Assembly: GCA_963719315.1 (NCBI GenBank) | Contig: CAVRBU010000003.1 | Location: 160,001 to 224,000, forward strand | Direction: 5' to 3' | Length of the DNA: 64,000 nucleotides | Source of the DNA: an uncultured Planctomycetota bacterium | Lineage (GTDB): Bacteria > Planctomycetota > Planctomycetia > Pirellulales > Lacipirellulaceae | Part shown: piece after piece, positions 29,150-39,122 of the stretch | Layout: each line of letters opens with the position of its first letter | Numbering within the stretch: the stretch's first letter is position 1 | Made by a program: the position numbers and the translations under genes | The notes under the pieces: model-generated | What the model saw: the letters and a program-made list of their open reading frames with translations, nothing else | What the model was told of the DNA's origin: nothing | Database searches by the model: none

Positions 29150-30964
29150 ATGTCGTACCGAACCTTCAAACGTGTGCTGGGTGAAACCAACCTTGAGCGG
29201 AAGTGCCGCTGGTGGTTCGGCGTTTCGTTGGCCGTCTTGCTGACGCTCAGCTTCACGTGGTACAGCCGGCAGACCAATAAAATCGTCCGCGACCTGAACC
29301 CGACGTTTATCGGCCCCGAGTTGGTGCGGGCCGGTTGGTTGGAGATCCACTTTTCGCATTTGGATAAAATAGAAGGCGAGTTCTATCGCGATCTCGTGGA
29401 AAGCAGCCGCGACATGGGGCGGAGATTTCAATGGGATGCGATCCTACCCTCAGATAGCTTTGAGACTCCCCCTCCTGCGAACTTCCGTCCCCGCGATGCG
29501 CACGAACAACGCTGGTTGGCGGAATGGTCGGCCCCGCTCGACCCGACTAAAAAACCTGCCGCTGCCGGCGCCGGTGGTGAGCAGCCGGCCATGCACCAAT
29601 TCCTTACAGGGCAGGGCGATTTCCACGAGCGGTATATCGAGGAGGCCGACGGTCGTCGTTCGTACCAATACTACCAGCCGATGTATGCGGACCCTTCGTG
29701 TGTAAATTGCCACAAGCACTTGGACGCAGGCGGTCGGCGGCCGAATTTGCAAGCCCGCGATTTGATAGCCGTCATCCGCGTGACGACCGATTACGACGCG
29801 ACGGCGGCGCGAATTGCCTTTAACCAGGCCTCTCTGTGGGGAGCGGCGATCGTCGTCGGGTTTGTGTCGATGGTTTCGTTGTGGGCCGTCGTTCGCTACG
29901 TGATCGTCAAGCCGGTCACGCATCTGCGCGACGTGGCCAATGCCGTCCGCGAGGGCGACGTCGAGCGGCGGGCCGTGATTCGCACCGGCGATGAGTTCGA
30001 GGAACTCGGCGCCGCATTCAACCGCATGCTGCGGCAACTCTTGAGCCAGCAGAGCGAATTGAAACAGAGCAAGGGCGAGTTGGACGAACGCCTCGACGAG
30101 TTGGCCCAGGCCAACATGAAGCTCTACGAAATGAACCGACTCAAAAGCGACTTCCTGGCCACGGTGAGCCACGAGCTACGCACGCCGCTCAACAGCATCC
30201 TCGGCTTCAGCGACGTGCTGAGCGGCATCAACGCTCTCGACGACAAGCAGCGCCGTTACGTGGGCAACATCCAACGCTCGGGGCGGATGCTCCTCGACAT
30301 GATCAACGACATTTTGGACCTGGCCAAAGTGGAAAGCGGTAAAATGGAGATTCGTCCCAGCGAATTCAAGATTAATGCGCTCGTCTCCTCGCTGTGCGAT
30401 ATGGCCCGGCCGTTGGCCGAAAAAAAGATCATCGATCTGGATTGCGAGGCGGCTACGACATTGCCGCCGCTGCGACAGGACCAGGCTAAAGTTCAGCAAA
30501 TACTCAATAATCTGCTCTCGAACGCAATCAAATTCACGCCTGAAGGCGGGCGGATCAACGTCTCCGCCGAGCGCGATGAACACGGCGATTTGCGTCTCAA
30601 AGTGACCGATACCGGCATCGGCATCAGCCCCGACGAGCAGCAACTTGTGTTCGAGAAGTTTCGGCAGGCCTCCAGCGTGCTGCCCGATGGTGATGCGATG
30701 ACCCGCGAATACTCGGGCACCGGCCTAGGGCTCTCGATCGTCCGCGAACTGTGCCGGCTCCTCGGCGGCGATGTCTCGCTGGAAAGCGAACTCGGCAAGG
30801 GCAGCACGTTCACCGTGCGGCTACCGTGGCATCTGGACGAAACTATCCGTCTCGACGCCCAGCTCCGCGAAGACTTGGACGTGCTATCGCGTTCCGCCCG
30901 CGTGGCCGACGCGCTGCCCGCTGCCACAGTGCCATCGCTAGAAAGCCAAGGCACGGGAGTGTGA
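29150..30964 (+). CDS. Membrane HAMP sensor histidine kinase with a periplasmic c-type heme (DUF3365-like) domain
   Basis: Two TM helices flanking CVNCH; HAMP (DEFEELGAAFNRM); SHELRTPLN, NLLSNAIKFT, DTGIGI, GTGLGL. Confidence 0.92.
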   Translation: MSYRTFKRVLGETNLERKCRWWFGVSLAVLLTLSFTWYSRQTNKIVRDLNPTFIGPELVRAGWLEIHFSHLDKIEGEFYRDLVESSRDMGRRFQWDAILPSDSFETPPPANFRPRDAHEQRWLAEWSAPLDPTKKPAAAGAGGEQPAMHQFLTGQGDFHERYIEEADGRRSYQYYQPMYADPSCVNCHKHLDAGGRRPNLQARDLIAVIRVTTDYDATAARIAFNQASLWGAAIVVGFVSMVSLWAVVRYVIVKPVTHLRDVANAVREGDVERRAVIRTGDEFEELGAAFNRMLRQLLSQQSELKQSKGELDERLDELAQANMKLYEMNRLKSDFLATVSHELRTPLNSILGFSDVLSGINALDDKQRRYVGNIQRSGRMLLDMINDILDLAKVESGKMEIRPSEFKINALVSSLCDMARPLAEKKIIDLDCEAATTLPPLRQDQAKVQQILNNLLSNAIKFTPEGGRINVSAERDEHGDLRLKVTDTGIGISPDEQQLVFEKFRQASSVLPDGDAMTREYSGTGLGLSIVRELCRLLGGDVSLESELGKGSTFTVRLPWHLDETIRLDAQLREDLDVLSRSARVADALPAATVPSLESQGTGV

Positions 30965-30967
30965 GGC

Positions 30968-31034
30968 CGATTGTGGATTGCGAATTGCGGATTGAAAGAC
31001 AACAATCCGAAATCTGGAATCCGAAACCCGAAAT
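30968..31034. repeat. Inverted heptamer arrays (GGATTGC)n ... (AATCCGA)n
   Basis: CGATTGTGGATTGCGAATTGCGGATTG ... AATCCGAAATCTGGAATCCGAAACCCGAAAT between the kinase and rnhA. Confidence 0.8.
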
Positions 31035-31045
31035 TGGCTCTATCG

Positions 31046-31519
31046 ATGCCGCCGACCTCGACCTCGCAACTTCCGACTGTTCAACTCTTCACCGATGGCG
31101 GCTGCAGCGGCAACCCAGGCCCCGGCGGTTGGGCATTTATCCTCCGACATCCCGTGTCGGAAAAGGAAATGGAACGCAGCGGCGGCGATCCCAATACCAC
31201 GAACAACCGCATGGAGCTCACCGCGGTCGTCCGCGGCCTAGAGGCCCTCAAGGTCCGCAGCCATGTCGAGCTGCTGACCGACAGCGTCTACGTCGGCAAG
31301 GGCATTACCGAGTGGATGCCCAAATGGAAGGCGAACGGCTGGCGCCGAAAAGAACGCAACAAACTCGTCCCCATCGCCAACGAAGAACTATGGCGTGAAC
31401 TCGACAAGCTGCTGGCCAAGCACGTGGTGAATTACACCCGCGTCGCCGGTCACAGCGGCCACGCAGAAAACGACCGTGTCGACGAGCTCGCCGTCGCGGC
31501 ATATCAGAAGTACCTGTAG
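31046..31519 (+). CDS. rnhA: Ribonuclease HI
   Basis: LFTDGGCSGNPGPGGW, TTNNRMEL, TDSVYV, GHSGHAENDRVDELA. Confidence 0.97.
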   Translation: MPPTSTSQLPTVQLFTDGGCSGNPGPGGWAFILRHPVSEKEMERSGGDPNTTNNRMELTAVVRGLEALKVRSHVELLTDSVYVGKGITEWMPKWKANGWRRKERNKLVPIANEELWRELDKLLAKHVVNYTRVAGHSGHAENDRVDELAVAAYQKYL

Positions 31520-31630
31520 TGTTGCGTGTCGCCCATCGCGAGGCACTCCCACTATCGTCGCGCCCACGCAGAATTAACCTGAGGCCGCCGCCCACCAAAG
31601 CAACAGTTCCCGACACCACCGCCCGCGCCA

Positions 31631-31642
31631 TACAATGGCGGC
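31631..31642 (+). promoter_or_regulatory. -10 element positioned for a leaderless recG transcript
   Basis: TACAAT-GGCGGC-ATG, no Shine-Dalgarno. Confidence 0.55.
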
Positions 31643-33772
31643 ATGAGCGCGTCCCCGCAAAGCGCCGGCCAGCAAACACCGCAACATCGCCAACCGACGC
31701 TGGCCGAAGTGCTGAGTACCCCGGTCGAGTTCGTGCGCGGTGTCGGCCCGCAGCGGGCGGAGCTCCTCCATCGGTTGGACGTCCGCACCGCGGGCGACCT
31801 CATCTTCTTTTTTCCGCGCGATTACGAGGATCTGACCGACCGCCGCGAGATCGCCGACCTTGACGAAGAGCACGTGCAAACAATTCGCGGCCAAGTGTCT
31901 GAGATCGATGGCCGCAGCAGCGGATTTGGGAAGAGCATCGTCGGCGTGCTCGTAAAGCAGGGGAACGACTATTTGCGAGCGCTGTGGTTTAACCAACCTT
32001 TCATGCGCGAAAAGTTCAGCGTGGGCCAGTATGTGCTCCTTTCGGGCAAGCCGCGGTACAAGGGCGGCCGGAGGCAAATGTCGCATCCTCGCGTCACATG
32101 GCTCGATGGCGCGGACGATCAACCCGAAATGCGGCTCTTGCCGCTCTATCCATTGACCGAAGGACTGACCCAATATCAGGCGCGGCGGATGGTCACGAGC
32201 GCGCTGGAGTTATGTACCCCCGTTTTGGAGGAAGTTTTTTCCGAATCTCTATTGCGACAATACGATCTGATGCCACTTGCCGAGGCGCTGCCCGCCATCC
32301 ATTCGCCACAGGATGCCGCACAATTGGAGCGTGCCCGCCGGCGATTCGTCTATCAGGAACTATTCATCTTGCAGTTGGCGGTCGTTGCGCGGCGATGGCA
32401 GCAGCAAGTCGGCTTTCGCGCGCCGCGGCTTGAGGCGACGGCCGAGATCAACGCCCGCATCGAGCGACTGTTTCCGTTCGAGTGGACGTCCGGCCAACGT
32501 ACCGCCATTGCCGAAGTAGCCGGCGACCTTGCCAACGAAACGCCGATGAACCGCCTGCTGCAGGGCGACGTCGGCAGCGGGAAGACGGTCGTCGCCGTCT
32601 ACGCGATGCTCGTCTGCGTCGCCCGCGGCTATCAAGCCGCGCTCATGGCGCCGACCGAAATCCTGGCCCGCCAACATGTCGAAACGCTGGCCGCACTTTT
32701 GCGAGCCAGCCGCGTGCGCTATTTGCTGCTCGTCGGCGGCATGACGGCCCGCGAGCGCGAAGAAGCATTGGCTCAAATCGCGGCCGGCCAGATCGACCTG
32801 GTGATCGGCACGCACGCCATCGTGCAAGAAGACGTCCGTTTCGCCAAGCTCGGCCTCGTTGTGATCGACGAGCAACACAAGTTCGGCGTGCGCCAACGGG
32901 CGGCTTTGCGGCAGGGCCAGCAATCGCCGCATTACCTGGTGATGACCGCCACGCCGATCCCCCGCACGATTAGCATGACGCTCTTCGGCGACCTCGACGT
33001 GACGACGCTCCGCGAGATGCCCCCGGGCCGGCAGGAAGTGCGCACATACGTCGTCGGACCGGCCGAGCAAGCCCGCTGGTGGCACTTCGTCCGCGGAAAA
33101 CTGCAAGCCGGCCGGCAAGCGTACGTCGTCGCCCCGCTCGTCGACGAATCGCAGAACATCGCCGCGGCCAGCGTTGCCGAAGCGTTCGAGCGCCTCTCGA
33201 ACGGCGAACTGGCCGCGTTCCGCGTCGGCATCATCCACGGCCGCATGTCATCGGAAGAGAAGGAAGAGGCGATGGCCAACTTCCGCGCGGGCCGCACGCA
33301 GGTGCTGGTCTCCACCAGCGTTATCGAAGTCGGTGTCGATGTGCACAACGCCTGCATCATGGTCGTCGACTCGCCCGAGCGTTTTGGACTGGCCCAATTG
33401 CACCAACTCCGCGGCCGCGTCGGTCGCGGAAAGCTCGCTGGCTTCTGCGCAGTGCTGGTCGGCGAAGAACTATCGGAGCAAGCCCGCGCCCGACTCGATG
33501 CGTTCGCCGCCACCGCCGACGGCTTCGAACTGGCCGAAATGGATTTCCAACTCCGTGGCCCCGGCGACCTTTTCGGAACGCAGCAACACGGCCTGCCACC
33601 GCTACGAATCGCCGACCTCCGCCACGACCAGGCGATTCTCGAAGAAGCCCGCCGCGAAGCAAAACTACTCTTCGCCGCCGACCCCGGCCTCAAAAGCCCC
33701 GACCATGCGCGCTTGCGCCGGCAGATGCTTACCCGCTACGGCAATGCGCTGGATTTAAGCGACGTGGGATAG
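31643..33772 (+). CDS. recG: ATP-dependent DNA helicase RecG
   Basis: RLLQGDVGSGKT, DEQHKFG, MTATPIPR, IEVGVDV, QLHQLRGRVGRG, RGPGD. Confidence 0.98.
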   Translation: MSASPQSAGQQTPQHRQPTLAEVLSTPVEFVRGVGPQRAELLHRLDVRTAGDLIFFFPRDYEDLTDRREIADLDEEHVQTIRGQVSEIDGRSSGFGKSIVGVLVKQGNDYLRALWFNQPFMREKFSVGQYVLLSGKPRYKGGRRQMSHPRVTWLDGADDQPEMRLLPLYPLTEGLTQYQARRMVTSALELCTPVLEEVFSESLLRQYDLMPLAEALPAIHSPQDAAQLERARRRFVYQELFILQLAVVARRWQQQVGFRAPRLEATAEINARIERLFPFEWTSGQRTAIAEVAGDLANETPMNRLLQGDVGSGKTVVAVYAMLVCVARGYQAALMAPTEILARQHVETLAALLRASRVRYLLLVGGMTAREREEALAQIAAGQIDLVIGTHAIVQEDVRFAKLGLVVIDEQHKFGVRQRAALRQGQQSPHYLVMTATPIPRTISMTLFGDLDVTTLREMPPGRQEVRTYVVGPAEQARWWHFVRGKLQAGRQAYVVAPLVDESQNIAAASVAEAFERLSNGELAAFRVGIIHGRMSSEEKEEAMANFRAGRTQVLVSTSVIEVGVDVHNACIMVVDSPERFGLAQLHQLRGRVGRGKLAGFCAVLVGEELSEQARARLDAFAATADGFELAEMDFQLRGPGDLFGTQQHGLPPLRIADLRHDQAILEEARREAKLLFAADPGLKSPDHARLRRQMLTRYGNALDLSDVG

Positions 33773-33951
33773 TGCCCTTTGCAAGGCGAAGAGCTAAATC
33801 TAGCAACGAAGAAATACTCGCCCACGATCGATGCGAGCGAGTAGAATTGGTTCCGTAGGAGAAGTTTGTCATCGACTGCCCCGGTTCCAGCGCCTGGCGG
33901 ATTCCGTGTCGATCGACTTGTTGAAGTGGACTTCTAGACAGAACCCATATT

Positions 33952-35847
33952 ATGAACGTCATGAAACACCCGATTACGACCGCGCTCACTCTTTCGGTAC
34001 TCACGACCTTTCCCCAGACACTTTCTCGTGCCGCTGACCGCGCCGAAACTCCATCCCGGCCTAATATCGTGCTAATCTTTGCCGACGATCTTGGGATCAA
34101 AGATCTTTCGTGCTACGGACGAAAGGATCAGCAAACGCCCAACTTAGACCGCTTCGCGCTTCAGGGAATGCGATTCACTTCCGCCTATTCGGCGGCGCCG
34201 GTTTGCTCGCCATCGCGGGCGGCAATCTTGACGGGCAAGTGCCCGGCCCGCCTCAACCTAACTAATTTCCTAAACGGTCGTGCCGATGCGCCCTCGCAAA
34301 GACTCCTGCAACCGAGAATCGAGGGACAGCTTCCGCTTGAGGAGGTAACCCTCGCCGAGCTGTTGAAGAAATTCGGCTATTCTACAGGAGTTTTTGGCAA
34401 GTGGCATCTCGGCGGGCGCGGTTTCACGCCCCAGGCGCAGGGATTTGACGTGGCGTTTGTGCCTCCCACCAAGTCGGAACCAACGCTAGAGAACGGTGGT
34501 AAGGGGGAATACGCGATCACGGCCGCGGCGGAGAAATTCATCGAGGATCATCGCGATCAGCCGTTCTTCTGCTATGTGCCGCACAATTGTCCTCACGTTC
34601 CGCTGGCGGCCGCGCCCGAACTGATCGAGAAGAATCGCGGCGCCTTCAATCCTGTGTACGCCGCGATGGTGGAAACACTCGACGATGCCGTTGGCCGGCT
34701 GGTCGCGAAGATCGATGCGCTGGGCTTGGCGAATCGTACGATCATCGTGTTCACGAGCGACAACGGCGGACTGCACGTGTTCGAACTTCCTAACTCTCCC
34801 GCAACGCTTAACTCGCCGTTTCGCGCCGGCAAGGGTTTTCTCTACGAAGGTGGATTGCTTGAACCGATGATTGTCCGCTGGCCGGGCGTGGTGGCCGCCG
34901 GCAGTGTTTGCGAAACGCCCGTCGTGCTTACCGACCTATTTCCAACATTTCTGAGTGCCGCCGGCGACGACGTTGCGAAAACAATCGGCCCTGTCGATGG
35001 CCTCGACATCGTACAACTACTTCGCGGCGAGTCGCTGCCTTCACGCGCACTTTTCTGGCACTTGCCGAATTACACGAATCAAGGTAGCCGTCCGTCCGGC
35101 GCGATTCGCGATGGCGATTGGAAACTCATCGAGCAATTCGAGGACGATAGCATCGAACTGTACAATCTTGCGCACGATCCGGGCGAAGAACACAACCTTG
35201 CCGCCTCTGATCCCAGGCGTGCTGCCGAGCTTCTCGATAAGCTCCGCGGCTGGCGTACCACCGTAGGAGCGCGAATGCCTGTGCCGAATCCCAGCTTCGA
35301 TGCCGAGTTGCATCGCCGATTGTACGTCGATATGGATCCGTCGCAGCTCAAAGCCGAGCCCACTGCGGCCGCGACCGCCAAACATTGGCAAGCGTGGCGG
35401 GAAGCGATGGACAACGCGATCAAGGGGCGAAAAACCTCAGTGACGCCTGCCACTGGCGATATCCGCTTGCACGCGAAAGATGCCCACATTCACGGTAACA
35501 TGTTGCGATACGAACCACAGCCGAACAAGAACGTACTCGGATATTGGTCGAACGTAAAAGATTGGGCCGGCTGGGACTTCGAAATTAAAAAAGCGGGTGT
35601 GTACGAAGTTGAATTTCAACAGGGATGTGGAACAGGTAGCGGGGGGGCCGATGTGGCTGTTCAAATCGACGATCATGAACTGAAGTTCACGGTGCAAGAT
35701 ACGGGAAACTTTCAGAACATGATTCTGCGGACGATCGGCACGGTCAAACTCGCAACGGGAAAGCATTCTCTTGCCGTGAAGCCACGCACGAAGCCGGGAC
35801 TAGCCGTCATGGATCTGCGGCGCGTCGTGCTTCGACCGGTACCGTAG
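33952..35847 (+). CDS. Exported formylglycine-dependent sulfatase with a C-terminal beta-sandwich (CBM-like) domain
   Basis: PNIVLIFADDLG, CSPSR, GKWHLG, TSDNGG, GKGFLYEGG; extra ~130-aa C-terminal domain; start may be 33961. Confidence 0.93.
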   Translation: MNVMKHPITTALTLSVLTTFPQTLSRAADRAETPSRPNIVLIFADDLGIKDLSCYGRKDQQTPNLDRFALQGMRFTSAYSAAPVCSPSRAAILTGKCPARLNLTNFLNGRADAPSQRLLQPRIEGQLPLEEVTLAELLKKFGYSTGVFGKWHLGGRGFTPQAQGFDVAFVPPTKSEPTLENGGKGEYAITAAAEKFIEDHRDQPFFCYVPHNCPHVPLAAAPELIEKNRGAFNPVYAAMVETLDDAVGRLVAKIDALGLANRTIIVFTSDNGGLHVFELPNSPATLNSPFRAGKGFLYEGGLLEPMIVRWPGVVAAGSVCETPVVLTDLFPTFLSAAGDDVAKTIGPVDGLDIVQLLRGESLPSRALFWHLPNYTNQGSRPSGAIRDGDWKLIEQFEDDSIELYNLAHDPGEEHNLAASDPRRAAELLDKLRGWRTTVGARMPVPNPSFDAELHRRLYVDMDPSQLKAEPTAAATAKHWQAWREAMDNAIKGRKTSVTPATGDIRLHAKDAHIHGNMLRYEPQPNKNVLGYWSNVKDWAGWDFEIKKAGVYEVEFQQGCGTGSGGADVAVQIDDHELKFTVQDTGNFQNMILRTIGTVKLATGKHSLAVKPRTKPGLAVMDLRRVVLRPVP

Positions 35848-35933
35848 GCACGAAGCCTTCTGCGTGAAGCGAGCGCTCCATTAAGCGTCCGGAGTGCCAT
35901 CTCCGACGCCAACAATCGGCCAAGTTGGTTAGT

Positions 35934-38366
35934 TTACTCGCCTTTGAGCTTCTTGGCTTTCCGCACCATGTCGAGAAACTCAGCGCGGTAGCCGTGCTCA
36001 TCGGTTCCGACGCCGCTCTGAGCAAGTTCGAGATCGGCCGCATACGTCAGGGTGCCTTTGTACTGTGAATCGCGGAGCAACAGGCCAAAGCCCGCAACGG
36101 CCGACGCGAATTGAAAATCATCCGTCGCCTCGCCAAACGCCTTGCCGCCGTCAGTGACGGGCCACTCCAGCTTCTTGCTCGTGTCTCCATCCGGCGCCTT
36201 GTAACGCATCTTGAGCGTGAGTAGCTCCTGGCTAACGTCAGCAGCAGGTGGCTGGGGTCGAGGCTCTGCCGAGCCCTCAGCAGTCGGCGCGACGGGTTTC
36301 TGGTACTTCAAATCATCCACCGGCGCCACATCCACCTTCTTGCCGGCCGGAATGATCTCATACATCGCCGTAACCGTGTGGCCCGCGCCGATTTCGCCAG
36401 CATCCTTCTTGTCGTTGTTAAAGTCCTCGGTCCGCAGCATCCGATCCTCGTAGCCGATCAGCCGATAGCCGGCGACCTGGGCCGGGTTGAACTCGACCTG
36501 AATCTTCACATCCTTGGCGATTGTCACCAGCGTGCCGGCCATTTCTTCGACGAGCACTTTGCGGGCCTCGGTACGGTTATCGACGTAGTGATAGTTGCCG
36601 TTGCCGTGGTTCGAAATGGCTTCCATCATCGCGTCGTTGAGGTTCCCGCGCCCGAAGCCAAGCACCGACAGGAATACACCCGTGTCCTTGGCCTTCTTCT
36701 CGACCAACCGCTGGAGCTCGCCCGTACTGGTGACTCCGACATTGAAGTCGCCGTCGGTGCATAGGATCACGCGGTTCGTGCCGCCTTTGATGAAATTATC
36801 CTCAGCGATCTGATAAGCAAGCTGAATGCCGGCCCCGCCCGCCGTCGAGCCGCCCGCCTGCAGCTTGGCGAGCGCCGCGAGGATCGTATCCTGCTTCGTG
36901 CCACTTGTGCTGGGCAGCACCAGGCCCTCGCTGCTGGCATAAACGACAATCGCAATGTGATCATTCTCGCCGAGCTCTTTGGTGAGTTGTTCGAGACCAT
37001 ACACCACGAGCGGCAGCTTCGCCGGCTCGTTCATCGAGCCCGACACATCCACCAGAAAAACCAGATTCGACTGCGGCCGCTTCGAGCGATCCATCTCGCG
37101 GCCCTTCACCGCAATCCGCGCCAGCCGATGCTCAGAGTTCCACGGGCAACTGACCACTTCGACATGCGCCGCGAACGGCGCCTCATCATCGCCCTTCGGC
37201 GGCGTGTAGTCGTATTGGAAGTAGTTGACGAGCTCCTCGATCCGTACGGCATCCGGCGGCGGGAGTTGGTTCATTTTCGTCAGGAACTGCCGCACGTTCG
37301 TGTAGGAGGCCGTGTCGACATCGATTGAAAACGTAGAGACTGCGTCCGGGCCAACCGTTTTGATGAACGGGTTCTCGACGATCGCCGTGTACTTATCTCC
37401 CGATGAACCAGGGCCAATTCCTTCAACGGTTTTGCGCAGTTGAGCCTGCACCTCGGGGTCTGTGACCACAACTGGCCTATTGATCTCGCGTAGCACGTCC
37501 TCACGACCGTCGTGGTATGCAAGCGATTCACGCAGATTACTAATTGTTTTCTGTCTCTCCAAGCCGAGGTTCTGGCTTCCACCCTGGCCACCACCTTCGG
37601 GCCCACGCTGTTTCAAATACGGTCGGTCGGCGGCCGCGGCTAGATTACCGTTCGTCGTATGGTTGGTCGTCGCTGTGGCTAACCCCGGAGTAGGATTTGC
37701 AACACCGTACCGCCCGGAAAGATCGATGGATTCGTAGTAGTGTTCAATATCTTTGCTAGCCACCTGCTGTTGTTTGAACTGGACATTGTCCGTCATGTAA
37801 TACGGGGAGGGCAACGCAGCTACAGCAGGCGCGTTGCCAGGCGCTTGTTCGGCAACGCTCTGCGATTGCGAAACGCTAAGACTTAAGTTTGCCGGCGCGG
37901 GCCCGCTACTCGGCTCTTGACCTTCCCAAACGTCTCTCTGAACTGTCGATTGCGCCAGGTCGATTAAAGAATCAAAATCGGCTGCGCCTTTAGTCTTTGT
38001 TTCGGAACGAAATTCGGAGGAAAGGATCCGGCGATCTGCCTGTGTGCTTTGTTTCGCTGCTTCGACGACGCCTGAACGCGAGGCGGAGAGGTTGGGATTA
38101 CCTGTGTCTTGCCACAACAGCGATGCCACGCCAACGAGCAGCATCGCCGCTACCGCCGCACTAAACCATCGGAAGGGGTGTGAGCGCCGACCCGTGGCCA
38201 CAACTTCCGGCCTAGTCGCCCGCGCGGCCTCGTGCACCGTGGCGATGCGGCCCGATAAATCGGGCGGCACTCGCTGGCCGATCAGTTCCGCTAGCGCGGT
38301 GTCCAGCAACCGATCATGAAGATCGTCGAGTTGAACGGGTTCGTGATTTTCGTTGACTGCGCTCAT
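35934..38366 (-). CDS. Membrane-anchored YfbK-like vWA protein (vWF_A, VWA, DUF3520) with an anti-sigma-like N-terminus
   Basis: STFSIDVDTASY, AVRIEELVNYF, DVSGSM, TDGDFNVG, YRLIGYE, DAGEIGAGH; one TM about 65 aa from the start. Confidence 0.9.
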   Translation of the reverse strand: MSAVNENHEPVQLDDLHDRLLDTALAELIGQRVPPDLSGRIATVHEAARATRPEVVATGRRSHPFRWFSAAVAAMLLVGVASLLWQDTGNPNLSASRSGVVEAAKQSTQADRRILSSEFRSETKTKGAADFDSLIDLAQSTVQRDVWEGQEPSSGPAPANLSLSVSQSQSVAEQAPGNAPAVAALPSPYYMTDNVQFKQQQVASKDIEHYYESIDLSGRYGVANPTPGLATATTNHTTNGNLAAAADRPYLKQRGPEGGGQGGSQNLGLERQKTISNLRESLAYHDGREDVLREINRPVVVTDPEVQAQLRKTVEGIGPGSSGDKYTAIVENPFIKTVGPDAVSTFSIDVDTASYTNVRQFLTKMNQLPPPDAVRIEELVNYFQYDYTPPKGDDEAPFAAHVEVVSCPWNSEHRLARIAVKGREMDRSKRPQSNLVFLVDVSGSMNEPAKLPLVVYGLEQLTKELGENDHIAIVVYASSEGLVLPSTSGTKQDTILAALAKLQAGGSTAGGAGIQLAYQIAEDNFIKGGTNRVILCTDGDFNVGVTSTGELQRLVEKKAKDTGVFLSVLGFGRGNLNDAMMEAISNHGNGNYHYVDNRTEARKVLVEEMAGTLVTIAKDVKIQVEFNPAQVAGYRLIGYEDRMLRTEDFNNDKKDAGEIGAGHTVTAMYEIIPAGKKVDVAPVDDLKYQKPVAPTAEGSAEPRPQPPAADVSQELLTLKMRYKAPDGDTSKKLEWPVTDGGKAFGEATDDFQFASAVAGFGLLLRDSQYKGTLTYAADLELAQSGVGTDEHGYRAEFLDMVRKAKKLKGE

Positions 38367-38411
38367 CGTAATTTATTCGGCCTTGCGGCCGACGCTGCAC
38401 GGCGGCCGACG

Positions 38412-38978
38412 TTAGGGGTTAGTTTCGTTTTTCAACTTCCTCTCGACGCACTCGCGTAGCGATTGCCGTGTACGCCGCAACAGCGTTTTCACGCCATCCG
38501 GCTGCATCTCAAGTTGCGCCGCAATTGCTTCGCGGCTCACTGACTCGCGGTAGTGCAGGTCGATGGCCTCGCGCGCCCGGCCTTCGAGCAATTTTAAACA
38601 ATCGCCCAGCGCATCGAGGTATCGGGCCAGGCTGCCGTCCGGCCCCGCTGCTGCGGCCCACACGCTGTCGGCCGCTTCCAGCTCGACCGTCCCAGGTTCG
38701 CGGTTCTGTTTGCGACGCAGTGCCAGCAACTGGTTGCGTGCTACCACCCGCAAGTACCCGGCCGTTTGTCGCTCATCGCGCTCGACAAACTCGGCCCTAG
38801 CAAGGGCCAGGAACGTCTCCTGCGTGACGTCGTCGGCCTCCGACGGATCAGCACCCAGGAATCGCACGTAGCGCCACACGCCCGCCTGGTGCCGATGCAC
38901 AAGGCTCGCGAGGTCGAACGGTTCGGCCGGGATCGAAGTCGCCCCAGGCCGTTGCGGCGGTTCCTTGATTGCCGTCAT
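38412..38978 (-). CDS. ECF-family RNA polymerase sigma factor
   Basis: LVHRHQAGVWRY, ADDVTQETF, region 4 EAIAAQLEM..GVKTLLRRTRQSL. Confidence 0.92.
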   Translation of the reverse strand: MTAIKEPPQRPGATSIPAEPFDLASLVHRHQAGVWRYVRFLGADPSEADDVTQETFLALARAEFVERDERQTAGYLRVVARNQLLALRRKQNREPGTVELEAADSVWAAAAGPDGSLARYLDALGDCLKLLEGRAREAIDLHYRESVSREAIAAQLEMQPDGVKTLLRRTRQSLRECVERKLKNETNP

Positions 38979-39042
38979 GCTGTTAGAAGTGCGCGAGCCC
39001 AGAAAAGGGTTCAGAAACCTCGCCAATAATTCATCTGATTGG

Positions 39043-39105
39043 AGCCCGCAGCGCCAGCAAGGGCACTGTGCGTTAGCCCGCGCTCCCTTGCTCGCGCTGC
39101 GGTCT
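39043..39105. repeat. REP-like inverted pair
   Basis: AGCCCGCAGCGCCAGCAAGGG ... CCCTTGCTCGCGCTGCGGTCT. Confidence 0.7.
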
Positions 39106-39122
39106 CTGATCCAGTCAATCAG

